Notes: generated from the letters alone by a model not told the origin. A stretch of 64,000 nt of DNA from a virus (IMGVR_UViG_3300025011_000019:32001-96000); one strand, 5' to 3'; shown: positions 1 through 10,991, numbered from the stretch's first letter. Numbers and translations are program-made.

Positions 1-860
1 AATTAGTGAAGACTTAAATAAATGAGTAACCACTCATATGTACAACCATTCATATAATAAAATTGTAATTACATTGTACATACACATATAATACTTTGAA
101 TATCAAACTATATTAGTCTCAAAATATTCTATATTCAAACTAATATCACATAACCCATAATCCTATCATACTACCATACAATACAGTCACTTGACTACAT
201 TACACGTTCAATATAATCATAATCATATTATCCCATCACATTAACCACATTATATGATCATTATGATCACATATCACCTATACTATCATAATCCAAACTA
301 ATATCAACCATTTCACTAAACTATAATCCACACCAAATTACTATGCTTTAATACCTACTATATTACTTGGTATTTATATCCTATCATTCTACTATACATT
401 AATACCAACTAATTAACTATGCTATATATATCCATATCATTTCACTACACTATAATAAATTAGTACACAACATAAATATATAACCTGTTATATATCACTA
501 TACCCTCAAGGGGTATACTCTAACCTCAAAACTACCATACCCACGTAGGGTATAAAATTCCACATCTCGTAATACCCCTAAAATAAAATTCTACACACTA
601 ACATATACCTCTAAACCTCAAACCGCTTAAACGCCCCTTTCTGTCGCTCTAATCTTATAATTTTATTTCTTGCTTCAACGCATTATATCAACTCTTATTT
701 TACATTGGCATAAGTTTTGCTAGTATAATACAGTAATACATAAACCATATCTGTATTAATACACAGTCTTCATATCCTACGATCATATCATAATCAAACC
801 AACAACATACAATTATAAATACTCATAGTAAATATCCTAAAATCCCTACAAATTCATAAC
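1..860. other. Long non-coding region, extremely G-poor and C/A-rich on the + strand
   Basis: No ORF in the track; very few G between about 120 and 480; two ATACCC-N5-GGGTAT palindromes at 499-554. Confidence 0.7.
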
Positions 861-951
861 TATAAAAATAAATTTTATTGCAAATGGTTTTCCCTATTGT
901 TTTTGTGATATAATAATATAGGAAATCAATTAATTAAAAGGAGTGCTAACA

Positions 952-1278
952 ATGATTAAAGCAACGAAAGCAACTAAAAAAAGATTAACTACTGAAGACT
1001 TTACACCTTATGTTCGCCTTTCAACTCTCATAGAATCAATAATCAAAGAAGCAGAACGAGTTGAAAGACATGGAGAAGAGACAGACTTTAGAGCTTGCTA
1101 TACAGATAGAGGATTATTTTACAAATGTTATGAAGACGAAAAACCATTATTTAGAGGATTTGAAAGTAGATACCCTGAATTAATTGAAACAACATTAACA
1201 CATGGTTTAAACCAAATTAAAATACCAGATGTGAATAAATTTGTTAAAGTTATGTTGCAAAGAAAATTTGAAGACTAG
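952..1278 (+). CDS. Hypothetical phage protein
   Basis: ORF with AAAGGAG RBS before ATG 952; extended -10 TGATATAAT at 906-914; hairpin and T-tract after the stop. Confidence 0.75.
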   Translation: MIKATKATKKRLTTEDFTPYVRLSTLIESIIKEAERVERHGEETDFRACYTDRGLFYKCYEDEKPLFRGFESRYPELIETTLTHGLNQIKIPDVNKFVKVMLQRKFED

Positions 1279-1322
1279 AGATAGTCTTCTTTTTTGACCA
1301 TAAACCCCAAAATAAAATTATC

Positions 1323-1350
1323 TTGACATTCTCCCAAATTTATTTATAAT
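1323..1350 (+). promoter_or_regulatory. sigmaA-type promoter
   Basis: TTGACA-16-TATAAT preceded by an A-tract. Confidence 0.75.
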
Positions 1351-1440
1351 TATATTTATACCTCAACTAAATCAATTACATAAAAAATCCTAAACCCAAT
1401 TCCCTAAACCAAACCAAAAATAAAAGGAGCGTGTACCCAA

Positions 1441-1947
1441 ATGAACAAATTTAAATTTTTCTCAACCTGCAAAACCATCCAGGAGCTAAAAACTACATTC
1501 CGCGAACTCGTAAAACTCCATCATCCAGACAAACCGACCGGAAACCTCGAAACAATGAAATCCCTAAACATAGAGTATGAATTAGCATTCGAATACATCA
1601 AAAACAATCCAATTAACGACACTGAGAAAAAATCCTCTTTCTATGCAAATGTAAACGATGGATTCCGCGAAACCTTAGAAAAAATTATCTTCATTCCTGA
1701 AATTTTTATAGAAATATGTGGCTCCTGGATTTGGGTCAATGGTGAGACAAAAGCAGTAAAACATCTACTAAAAGATGCTGGTCTATGGTATGCAACAAAC
1801 AAAAAAGCATGGTATTTTAAACCTGCTGATTATAAGGCCAAAAAGCATAAGGCATTTAGCATGGAAGATATTCGCGGTAAATATGGTTCAGAAACAGTCG
1901 AGAAGAAGGAAAGAGTAAAGGTAGAAAATCCAATGGCAGCAAAATAA
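1441..1947 (+). CDS. J-domain (DnaJ-like) protein with a C-terminal phage/plasmid domain
   Basis: ELKTTFRELVKLHHPDK contains the HPD motif; C-terminal WIWVNGETK...WYF motif; AAGGAG RBS. Confidence 0.8.
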   Translation: MNKFKFFSTCKTIQELKTTFRELVKLHHPDKPTGNLETMKSLNIEYELAFEYIKNNPINDTEKKSSFYANVNDGFRETLEKIIFIPEIFIEICGSWIWVNGETKAVKHLLKDAGLWYATNKKAWYFKPADYKAKKHKAFSMEDIRGKYGSETVEKKERVKVENPMAAK

Positions 1948-1958
1948 AATTGTTAAAT

Positions 1959-1993
1959 AAAATGAGGCTTAAACAGTCTCATTTTTCTTTTTT
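1959..1993 (+). terminator. Intrinsic terminator
   Basis: aaaatgaggct-taaac-agtctcatttt followed by a T-tract. Confidence 0.8.
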
Positions 1994-2172
1994 ATGTGCT
2001 AACATTTTGCTCTTATCTATTTTGTGCTACCTGGTAAACATTTTTGTATTAATTCTAAATAATTAACCATTAATAAAACCTTAAAATAATTTTCCAAAAT
2101 CTATAGACATTCGCTTAAAAATATATATAATAATAAGTAAGAAGTTGTTCAAATTTGAAAGGAGTTTTTAAA

Positions 2173-2550
2173 ATGGCAAGTATTAAAACTGCTAAAATTG
2201 GAGATATGCTACAAGTTCCTTCGATCTTATTATTCCCTCAAAGGACTGGAAAATTTAATAGACATGGTTATTCTATAGGTAAAGTAATCAATGTTTTTAA
2301 ACATTCTGAAACAGGCGAAACGGTTGTAGAGGTCGAATATTTAGAAGCATTCCGCTACAAAAGCGATTTCCCTTTACAAGTAAAAAAATTCTTTGTTGGA
2401 AATTGTATGAAATTTAAACTGGAACCATGTACTTTATCTGATAAAGATGCAGAATTATATATCTCAAAAGCTGGATATAAACGCATAAATGGAAATGTAT
2501 ATGATCTTTATCAATCGGCATGTATTGATACATTTAATTTAGAAGTATAA
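2173..2550 (+). CDS. Hypothetical protein
   Basis: Promoter TAGACA-16-TATAAT (2104-2131), GAAAGGAG RBS, terminator at 2551-2575. Confidence 0.75.
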   Translation: MASIKTAKIGDMLQVPSILLFPQRTGKFNRHGYSIGKVINVFKHSETGETVVEVEYLEAFRYKSDFPLQVKKFFVGNCMKFKLEPCTLSDKDAELYISKAGYKRINGNVYDLYQSACIDTFNLEV

Positions 2551-2681
2551 AAGGAAGGGAAACCTTCCTTTTTCTCTATTTCTAAAAATGCTCTCTAGTG
2601 ACCTCTGACATCATTCCATAACCCTTTATATCAATACTATCTTATCCAATCATCTTGCAAATACAAATATAAAATATTTTC

Positions 2682-2709
2682 TTGACATTGGCCTAAATAA
2701 GCGTATAAT
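2682..2709 (+). promoter_or_regulatory. sigmaA-type promoter driving a structured RNA or leader
   Basis: TTGACA-16-TATAAT. Confidence 0.75.
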
Positions 2710-2715
2710 AGTAAA

Positions 2716-2895
2716 TGTAGAGATAAGAGGAAAAAGCACATAGGGCATATGTTGAGGAAATGACTTGTTAATCAAGTGTATAAGACCTCACTAGTTCGGG
2801 AGGCTGGAAGGCCTATAATCCTCACTATTGGTTGAGGGAACAAAGATAACCCGGAACCCCTACAACTTGATAGAACTATCTACTTATCTCTATAC
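2716..2895 (+). ncRNA. Candidate structured RNA or 5' leader, about 180 nt
   Basis: Starts at the predicted TSS; closing stem gtagagataag/cttatctctat; nested stems atcaagtgta/tacaacttgat and gttcggg/cccggaac; richer in G+C than its flanks. Confidence 0.5.
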
Positions 2896-2920
2896 TAAAT
2901 CTTAAAAGGAGTTTTGACTA

Positions 2921-3371
2921 ATGAGAATAGTGCAAAGTCAAACTGAAGGTAATTGCACAAAAATTATGATTATTACTTATAATGAAGGTGTTTCAATTTT
3001 TATAACTGGTGCATATGTAACCAGTGAAGGAAAACCAAATGCACTAAATCAATGCTTTGGAGTAAGAAGTTTTTCAAAATTTGAAGAGGCAGAGGAAAGA
3101 TTAAATTCTAGTTGTAAAAATTGGGGTTAATTGGAGGTTTTAATTAATGAAAAAAGGCCAAAAATTCTGGTATTATGGTGAATTAGTTACTTATACTTAC
3201 TATAGCATAAAATACAATTCCCATCATTTTAGCAATTCGGTTTGCAAAGATAATCAAATTTCTGTCATTGGTACAAAAGACTATCATAATTTTTCTGAAG
3301 TCCTTGCTAATCAGGAATATCATAAAAGTTATAAAATTCCTGAAATCAATGAAAATGAAGTATTATTTTAA
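2921..3371 (+). CDS. Two small hypothetical proteins (2921-3130 and 3147-3371)
   Basis: Each has a GGAG-type RBS. Confidence 0.65.
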
Positions 3372-3646
3372 AGACTCGATTCCCTCCTATTACATATGTA
3401 GAAGCAGCAAAATAAACACAAACCACAAAATAAATTCTCTAAGAGGCTCTAACGAGTCTCTTTTCTATTCCCCTTATAATCCTTCACCTATCCACAAAAA
3501 CCTTCTTACAATCAATCCTAGCGCATATCACAGCAATATAAACCACATTCCGCTACAATCTCAAATCCTATAATCCTAATAATTATCAACCATCCTTATC
3601 AATCCCATATTCCCGATCACAACAAAAACAAACCCTAAAATAAATA

Positions 3647-3676
3647 TTGACATATCATATTCAATCATGCTATAAT
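3647..3676 (+). promoter_or_regulatory. sigmaA-type promoter
   Basis: TTGACA-18-TATAAT with a TG extension. Confidence 0.7.
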
Positions 3677-3862
3677 TAATTTTACCCAATTATACAAAAT
3701 AAATTTCTAAGGAAAGGAGTTGAGCGAACTATACTAATTATTAATTTTATTAATTTTGCTATTACTATCTATAGATCCGGCTATACATAATAATCTAATC
3801 AATTATCCGTCCTTAATCTTTAGTCAATTATAAAAATAAAATAATGAAAGAGGTAAAACAAA

Positions 3863-4168
3863 ATGAATGAATTTGATCTATTTGATTTTATGTACAATCC
3901 TTATGGCCCTAATGGACTGGAAGAAGAGCAGGAACCTCAAGTATTAAACCTTAAATACATCCTAGAATACTGTAATGAATATTCCTTAGAGTCAGCACCA
4001 GAGACAATATATCATGAATGGATACAATTATTAGAAAGTCAGCATCTATTTGTTTGTGAAATGATACTAGAGCCTTATATGAGGGTAATCGAGAGAAACA
4101 CTGGTAAAATAGTAATGGAACATAATGAACAAAGACAAAATATAAATATAGAAGAAGAAGAAAAATAG
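3863..4168 (+). CDS. Acidic hypothetical protein
   Basis: ORF with GAGGT RBS. Confidence 0.65.
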   Translation: MNEFDLFDFMYNPYGPNGLEEEQEPQVLNLKYILEYCNEYSLESAPETIYHEWIQLLESQHLFVCEMILEPYMRVIERNTGKIVMEHNEQRQNINIEEEEK

Positions 4169-4169
4169 A

Positions 4170-5180
4170 ATGAATATATCTAAACTATATTTAGGATTAA
4201 CAATAAAAAATTACAAGGAATTATGTATTTTCTTAGAAATACCAGTCAAAGGAGGCAACGGCAAACAAATACAATTAAACGAATTATCTAGATATTGTAA
4301 TTTTACTAAAGAAGGTAAAAAATTTACTTTTAATGAGATATATGAGGAACCACTAGAAAAAATAGATTTAAGATCAGAGGGTAATAATTCTAAATATGTA
4401 GAACATATTCAAGCTCAATTATTACATACACTATCTAAGGCTGAAGGGCATAAATATACTATTACTAAAAATAATTTATTTGAATCTCTTGGAATGGTTA
4501 ACGCTCAATACTTAGATAAAGCACTAGTAATAAAATTCTTGTCTAAAAAGGATAGTAGATTTACAAAATTCAATATTAATCACTTATATTTAAGAACCAA
4601 TGATAGATTGACTAGAATCCTATTTGATTCTTTAAATAGTTTAAAAAGAAGATGTCTAATTGACTATAATGAATTACATATAATAGTTAAAATAGATGAT
4701 GAAGGAAAAGAGCATCATCTAAGGGCCAATGATGATGAAAAAACTTTAATTATGAGTATTAAATATAATGTATTGCAAGACATGAAACTTAATACTATCA
4801 CTCAGGTTATGTTTAAATTTAAGACTGAAGAATTTTACAAAAGAGTTAATAAGAAACTAAAAGAATATGGTATAGATTACGCATATAAGCAAATAGAGTT
4901 ATTATTTGAACAAGAAGATGTATTACACGAACTTAATAAGATTGAATTACAGCAACATAAAAAGAATTTAAATGATAAAGTAATCGAAACAATGACTATA
5001 AATACAAGAGATACCTTTTACAATAATGAAAAAGAATACAATGAAGGGTTAATGGATTTCTTACTTAATGAAAGACCAATGATAGGGAGATATAATGAAA
5101 TGAAGTTTACAGGATTTAAACATAATTCAGACTATATTGATATACAATTAGAATTAATTGAATATATATTAAGAATTTAA
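4170..5180 (+). CDS. Phage protein of 336 aa, possibly DNA-binding
   Basis: Long ORF with an N-terminal KNYKELC...GGNGKQIQLNELSRY segment; followed by a long inverted repeat. Confidence 0.6.
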   Translation: MNISKLYLGLTIKNYKELCIFLEIPVKGGNGKQIQLNELSRYCNFTKEGKKFTFNEIYEEPLEKIDLRSEGNNSKYVEHIQAQLLHTLSKAEGHKYTITKNNLFESLGMVNAQYLDKALVIKFLSKKDSRFTKFNINHLYLRTNDRLTRILFDSLNSLKRRCLIDYNELHIIVKIDDEGKEHHLRANDDEKTLIMSIKYNVLQDMKLNTITQVMFKFKTEEFYKRVNKKLKEYGIDYAYKQIELLFEQEDVLHELNKIELQQHKKNLNDKVIETMTINTRDTFYNNEKEYNEGLMDFLLNERPMIGRYNEMKFTGFKHNSDYIDIQLELIEYILRI

Positions 5181-5191
5181 TAAATTAAAAT

Positions 5192-5281
5192 TTAGTTGAC
5201 AGTTTATAAATCATAAATATAATATAGCATGGTGACAAATGTTATAGTTCTTTATACTACGACTTTTAAACTGTCAACTAA
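5192..5281 (+). repeat. 18-bp inverted repeat forming a long hairpin that contains a sigmaA promoter
   Basis: ttagttgacagtttataa versus ttttaaactgtcaactaa (17/18); TTGACA 5196-5201 and TATAAT 5218-5223; third degenerate half-site at 5303-5320. Confidence 0.7.
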
Positions 5282-5531
5282 TTTCTTTTTCTCTATTTGT
5301 CTTTTTAAAAGTGCCAACTTTTCTCTAATCCTTAAATTTATACGGTGACTTAGGAACGCAAGCATAATTTCCGGCAAGTGTGCGGAAATTCTGGTATATA
5401 CTTCTAATAATTTTTTTCTTATAATCTTAAATCTATAAACACTAATATAAATTATTCTATAGACATTGCTCTCCTATTTTGTTATACTATCAATATTAAA
5501 CATACCCAAATCAATAAAAGGAGGTTTCCCA

Positions 5532-5981
5532 ATGGCAAAGCGTAGAACTAAACAAGACATGCAAAAAGCAGCAAATACATGTCGCTTATTTCTCTTATCC
5601 GACAATAATCCCCATACTGCATACGAGCAATACATAAAAGACCATATGCTTTCTGGTCAACCAATGCCTTATTATATCCAAGGAATCAAAGACTTTATTA
5701 CAGCATCAAAACTCTTGGAATCTGATATCCTGGCAATCAAAAAAGAAAAAGAACGCTCAGAGAATCAATTAGCAGAAAAACAATCTGATATGGAATTGAT
5801 CAAATCATTAGACGTTAAGTTAGTAATGCAAGCTTATAAAACATCATCGGGCAATGCTAAACTAGAATTATGCAATTTAGCAAATATGGTACACGCTAAA
5901 GACTTTACCGGAATTACGCAATCAGAAATCTACACTGCAAAGGAATTCCAATTAATTAAAGAAAGTAGGTACACCTCATGA
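5532..5981 (+). CDS. Hypothetical protein
   Basis: Promoter TAGACA-17-TATACT (5460-5488); AGGAGG RBS before ATG 5532. Confidence 0.75.
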   Translation: MAKRRTKQDMQKAANTCRLFLLSDNNPHTAYEQYIKDHMLSGQPMPYYIQGIKDFITASKLLESDILAIKKEKERSENQLAEKQSDMELIKSLDVKLVMQAYKTSSGNAKLELCNLANMVHAKDFTGITQSEIYTAKEFQLIKESRYTS

Positions 5982-6295
5982 AAAAACTAATATCTATCTT
6001 AACAATTTCCCTCACTCTCCTAACATCCTCTATCCTAACAACTTCAGCAAATCCCACAATACAACCTGGCTCTGACACCTCATACACAATGATAGCACTG
6101 GCCACACAATCTATCTACAATCCACCAAATTCTTGTTACCATACAACTATTCAAAATGAAAATGGCGATGCCTTTATAATCCTCACAACAGACAATGTTA
6201 CAAACAAATGGTTTGAATGCTCAGTTGACAGTAATAATACACCGGAAAATATAAAAGATGATAAAATAATTGATCTTGGATTGCTAGAGGAATAA
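5978..6295 (+). CDS. Secreted protein with a signal peptide
   Basis: MKK followed by a hydrophobic stretch and a TSA-N cleavage-like site. Confidence 0.7.
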   Translation: MKKLISILTISLTLLTSSILTTSANPTIQPGSDTSYTMIALATQSIYNPPNSCYHTTIQNENGDAFIILTTDNVTNKWFECSVDSNNTPENIKDDKIIDLGLLEE

Positions 6296-6410
6296 ATCTT
6301 AAAATAAAATTATCTACTACCAAAACTATTCAACCTATGCTATAATGTTGGCATAGGTTTTTTATTGTAATTAATTCAAATCTAAAATATTAGAAAGAAG
6401 GTAAATACAT

Positions 6411-6959
6411 ATGATCAAATTAACCGAACTCAAACGCATGATAAAAGCCAATAACTTGAACCCTTGTTTTTATGCTGAAGGATTAAATAATGTCATTTTC
6501 AACTATAAGCAACAACTTACTATTATTTTAAAGCAAATTGACCAACCAAAACTATTTGCTTATTTACAATCAACTAATTATGTCTCTGCTGATCTAAAAT
6601 TCACTCCTTATAATCTAGATATGGATCTTAAAAATAAATTTGAGAGAATCACAGCTAACAAACTGGAGCATACACAAATGTTAGTGGACACCGGAATACA
6701 ATTCCACAAAAAAGGAAAATGGAAAGACGAAGAGAAAATTCTTTACAAAGTATTCAAAACTGAAAAAGGATTAATGAAGATCAAAGATGAATACCTTTGT
6801 ATACTTAATCAAGATGTTAAAAAAGGAGTTATGCTAAAAACAAATGAAGCGCATAGCATGGTATTTATATATAATAATACATTTGACATTATCGGCGTTT
6901 GCGTGGGAGAAAAATTCGAAATGAGCGAACTAACAGAATATACACAATGGGGATCTTAA
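6411..6959 (+). CDS. Hypothetical protein
   Basis: ORF with RBS, TGCTATAAT extended -10 at 6338-6346, terminator at 6958-6985. Confidence 0.75.
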   Translation: MIKLTELKRMIKANNLNPCFYAEGLNNVIFNYKQQLTIILKQIDQPKLFAYLQSTNYVSADLKFTPYNLDMDLKNKFERITANKLEHTQMLVDTGIQFHKKGKWKDEEKILYKVFKTEKGLMKIKDEYLCILNQDVKKGVMLKTNEAHSMVFIYNNTFDIIGVCVGEKFEMSELTEYTQWGS

Positions 6960-7066
6960 GGAGCTTTACAGCTTCTTTTTTCTTTGCCTTAATACTAATT
7001 CCCTCTATCCATAATCCAACCTCTTAAAACCCTATCCACGGGCCTTAAAAACTAAAATAAAATAGT

Positions 7067-7095
7067 TTGACATTGCGCTATCTATCTATTATAAT
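7067..7095 (+). promoter_or_regulatory. Consensus sigmaA promoter of a short transcript ending at the terminator 7225-7251
   Basis: TTGACA-17-TATAAT; aaggact-gaata-agtcctt followed by a T-tract. Confidence 0.7.
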
Positions 7096-7446
7096 CTTAA
7101 TTAATAGATCAAATATAAATTATTAGTACCGGAAACAATAGAAGAAGCAGAAATATGGATAAAAAATTATCAAAGAATCAGAACTCAAATTTGGGAATAT
7201 AATCAAACTCAATTAGATAATTACAAGGACTGAATAAGTCCTTTTCTTTTTGTCTCACAATCCCTCCATACCTTCCACGATGCCTTGTAAGCTCTCAGAT
7301 ATCCTACACTAATACAAATATACCACTAAATCATCAATAAGGCCACAAACAATGCTAAAATAATATTTATGTTTTGCTATTGTAATTGCGCTAGAAATAG
7401 ATTAATATATAAATATCAGATTAATTAAATAAAAGGAGTGCTTCAA

Positions 7447-8075
7447 ATGGCAAACTACAAAGCAATCTTATTAAATGATCAAGGCGCATGTCTGGCTGAA
7501 AGAAATTGTGATACAGTCGAGGAAATCAGAAATCTACTAAATGAGTATTCAGACCCAGAAAATATTGACTTAAGAGTGTTAGAAGATCATGAAGAAGTAG
7601 AAATAGGATGGTACATAGATAATGGATTTATGGAAGATTATGAAGAGAATTAGGAGCCAGTAATGGTTCCTTTTCTTTTTGTCTAAATACTTTCAAACTC
7701 TTGATTTATGGGATATAGTAAAGTGTAAAATAATTATTTTTAAAAACATTAAAAATCTATTGCATTAATCTTAAAAATGATTATAATTATATTATAAGGT
7801 AAATAAAAGGAGTGCTGAAGATGAGTAAAAAGTCGCGGTCAGTCGATACACAAACCCTTACTAAAATTAAAAAAGATGCTGAGAAAGTCAGAAAAATACA
7901 TGAGAAAATGGAAAAAATGGTTCAAGAACTAAAGGAAATTCACGAAGAGAATAATTGGTTAAATTACTTAAACAGTGCTAACGTGGAATTAACCGAGCAA
8001 GAAACTGGAGAATTTTATGAAGCATCAGACATTATAAATAGAGCAGAAAAAGTAATTATAAGAAAAGGCCAGTAA
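7447..8075 (+). CDS. Two monocistronic hypothetical proteins (7447-7653 and 7821-8075)
   Basis: AAGGAG RBSs; related GCCA-gtaa-TGGT terminators at 7652-7680 and 8063-8090. Confidence 0.7.
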
Positions 8076-8161
8076 TGGTCTTTTCTTTATTCTTTTTGTT
8101 TGACCTTATAATATATCCTATGATAAAATAGAGTATAAATAATTTTAGAAAGGGTGATGAT

Positions 8162-8320
8162 ATGATTAAAATTGAAATCGAAGAATCTCCTGAATATTCG
8201 CGCTGCACTTCATGTTTTGCAAAAGAGAATCTTAAAAACTTAATTATTGGATCAATACAGGTAACTTTATGCAAAACATGTCAAAATAAAATTATAAATA
8301 TTTTAAAAGATGCTGAATAA
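8162..8320 (+). CDS. 52-aa zinc-finger protein, not in the ORF track
   Basis: MIKIEIEESPEYSRCTSCF...LCKTCQ; GAAAGGGTG RBS; terminator overlaps the stop. Confidence 0.7.
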   Translation: MIKIEIEESPEYSRCTSCFAKENLKNLIIGSIQVTLCKTCQNKIINILKDAE

Positions 8321-8432
8321 AGCATCTTTTTCTTTTCAATTTCTCAAACCAAATGCCCATTTTATTTGACATATCTAATAATATCTATACACTGTTAATT
8401 AATCATATAATAAATTTGAAAGGAGCGATAAA

Positions 8433-8665
8433 ATGAATATCAAAAAGAAGCATATTAATAAATTTATCAAATTAGCTAATGAATTGGATACGCTAATTAA
8501 AGAAATTAAAGAGTATTGCCCGGAAGCTCAATATTATGTGTCTGTAGAAACATTAAACCTAATGAACGGAGAAACGCACGATGACAAACATTTTCAGCAT
8601 TCATTGAGAGAGAAAATATAGTGAAAAGTGTTGCTGTAAAAACATTGAGTGATGGAGACTGGTAA
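8433..8665 (+). pseudogene. Small gene frameshifted at a GA dinucleotide run
   Basis: Removing one GA from ttgagagagaaa (about 8605-8616) gives ...RENIVKSVAVKTLSDGDW* ending at 8665. Confidence 0.5.
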
Positions 8666-8777
8666 AATCAATAATTTTAAAATAAGAGTACAAAAAGACA
8701 TAAATAATTATTGTACTCTTATTTGTTTTGTGTTAAAATATAAATATCAGATACATATTAAAAAGGAGGTTTTCCAA

Positions 8778-9944
8778 ATGAAAGTATACAAATGTTTTAC
8801 ATCAGATTTCCAAGACCTAGAAAAGAAAATTAAGCGCATCACTAAAAAACTCGACAAGAACTCCCTCAAATGGTCTTTCGAAGTCCTTGGAGAATCAGGC
8901 GAAGAAGTTAGAGTTATTGACTATGTTAACCGCGATAATATACCATCTTGGCAATTCAGCCCTAAAGATTGTGGAATGGTTGTAGTCGATGTTACCTTAT
9001 ACACTTTTGAAATGGAATCACTAAAATTAGGCGAATTTGAAGTTCTGGCAGTAATTGAACATAATGCGGTTGAAGGCTCAAACGAAAATATCATACACGT
9101 TATCAAGGAAAATGCTTCAATCCCTGTTGAATATCGAACAGTAAAAAGTCACTGTCAACATTGCAATTCTGACAGAAAGAGAAACAAAACAGTCCTTCTG
9201 ATTAATTCAGAAAATGAAATTATCCAAGTTGGCAGCACTTGCATAAAAGAGTATACAGGGATTGACGGACTAAGCATCATAGGTAATTATCAAGACATAC
9301 ACGACATTTGTATTGAAGAACCTGCAATGGATTATGATAACCTCGGAAAACAATCTAAGTATTTAAAAACTCTTGATTATCTTACAAATTGTCTAAACTT
9401 GATTAACTCAGAAGGGTACAAAAAGGAAGAAACTAAAAACGAAGCTTGGGATCTAACCAAAAAATCTGGCAAAAATGAAAAATATGAAGTAATGGCCCAG
9501 GAAGTTATAACCTACTTCAAAAGCAAAGAGTTCAAAGAGTATGAAACATTCCAAAACAATATCAAAATATATCTTAGTAATGAGTACACCAAAATAAACG
9601 GAATTGTGGCCTATGCTTATGTAACTTATCAAAAGGAAATTGAAAAGGATATCAAAAGAGCAAAGGAAAACGAAGGTAAAAAAGATTCCAATTACGTTGG
9701 AGAAGTCAGTGAAAAAATTCAAACTGAATTAACCTATATGAATTCATATTCTTTTGATACCGAATGGGGAACCTCCTATATTCATAAATTTTTAGATCAA
9801 AATGGAAATATTTTTGTATGGAAGTCCTCAAATTCAGTAAGAGCGGATCAAGGTGAAGTTGTTAAAATCAAAGGTACAATTAAAGATCATTCCGAATACG
9901 CAGGAGCGAAGCAGACAATTTTAACTAGATGTAAAATAGCTTGA
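8778..9944 (+). CDS. Phage protein with a CxxC...C zinc motif and a probable C-terminal OB-fold
   Basis: CQHC...QVGSTCIKEY; C-terminal YVGEV...GNIFVWKSS...IKGTIKDHSEY...QTILTRCKI; AAGGAGG RBS before ATG 8778; terminator at 9955-9987. Confidence 0.65.
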   Translation: MKVYKCFTSDFQDLEKKIKRITKKLDKNSLKWSFEVLGESGEEVRVIDYVNRDNIPSWQFSPKDCGMVVVDVTLYTFEMESLKLGEFEVLAVIEHNAVEGSNENIIHVIKENASIPVEYRTVKSHCQHCNSDRKRNKTVLLINSENEIIQVGSTCIKEYTGIDGLSIIGNYQDIHDICIEEPAMDYDNLGKQSKYLKTLDYLTNCLNLINSEGYKKEETKNEAWDLTKKSGKNEKYEVMAQEVITYFKSKEFKEYETFQNNIKIYLSNEYTKINGIVAYAYVTYQKEIEKDIKRAKENEGKKDSNYVGEVSEKIQTELTYMNSYSFDTEWGTSYIHKFLDQNGNIFVWKSSNSVRADQGEVVKIKGTIKDHSEYAGAKQTILTRCKIA

Positions 9945-10249
9945 AGGGATACTAAAGACTAGGCAAAAACCTAGTCTTTTTCTTTTATCTAAATATAAAA
10001 TATAATAAAATTACTCCTTCCGGCTCCCACTAATCCAAACACCTCGCACAGAATGCCACCTATAAGCCCTCAGAATCTATACCCCTATATAATTGCACTT
10101 TAACACGTTTTAAACTTGTTAAAATCAAAATGCAGGTATAAGGTCTATAAATTATAAAATAATTTTTCTGTATAACTTCTATTTTCCTTTATTCTATGAT
10201 ATACTTAATAAAATTAAATATATTGGAATTTGAAAGGAGAAAACTACAT

Positions 10250-10831
10250 ATGAAAAACTTAAAATCTGGAATGATTGTCAAGCACAATAACGAATTATGC
10301 AAACTGTCCAGGGGTGCCGAAAAGAAATTATACTTCGTTCCTGCTAAATATTATGTGCAATCATGGGAGGATTTAGAGGTAGCCTCTGAGGAAAATACTC
10401 AAGATACTACCCACGATGAAAAAGTAGAATTCCTCAAAAATGATTTTACATGGGGCGAAGTAGTTAAGACTTATACTATTGGAGAATATGTTGTCTTTGA
10501 ATATATAGATGGTTACGATCTAGAGCATGAAAAAGTAAAAAACATCAGATTCCACGCTCTAATCAATTATCAAACTGTTAGTATCTCATATCATTCTTTA
10601 GATTCCTGCTTAGTTGGCACAATCGCATATAAATTTGATGGAGCGAACTCTCAAGCAGCAGGTTACTTTGAAAAAATGATTGGAATGAAAGGAGCAAAAT
10701 AAATGAATTACAACAAAACTCAAAAACGAGTCCTGCGCTACAGATTAGCACAAAAAATGGACGTTTGTTGTTGGCCTACAAATCAATGGGGAATATCTAG
10801 TATTCCATTTCTTAAAAAAGTAATTAAATAA
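10250..10831 (+). CDS. Two hypothetical proteins (10250-10702 and 10703-10831)
   Basis: GAAAGGAG RBSs; terminator at 10840-10870. Confidence 0.65.
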
Positions 10832-10991
10832 AACAAAATTAAGAGCTAACAATTAGCTCTTTTTCTTTTCTCTCCAATCCATTAAAAATCCATTTTTATA
10901 GCATAAATAGAGATATAAAAACCTTGACTTTAAGTCATAAATCGTTATACTTATATTATAAATTGTTTCAAATTTGAAGGGAGTTTTTCAA

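Noticed and set aside
3268-3573. Overlapping alternative-frame plus-strand ORFs (also 17604, 21381 and 39161)
   Set aside because: They lack an RBS and overlap better-supported genes, terminators or spacer elements.
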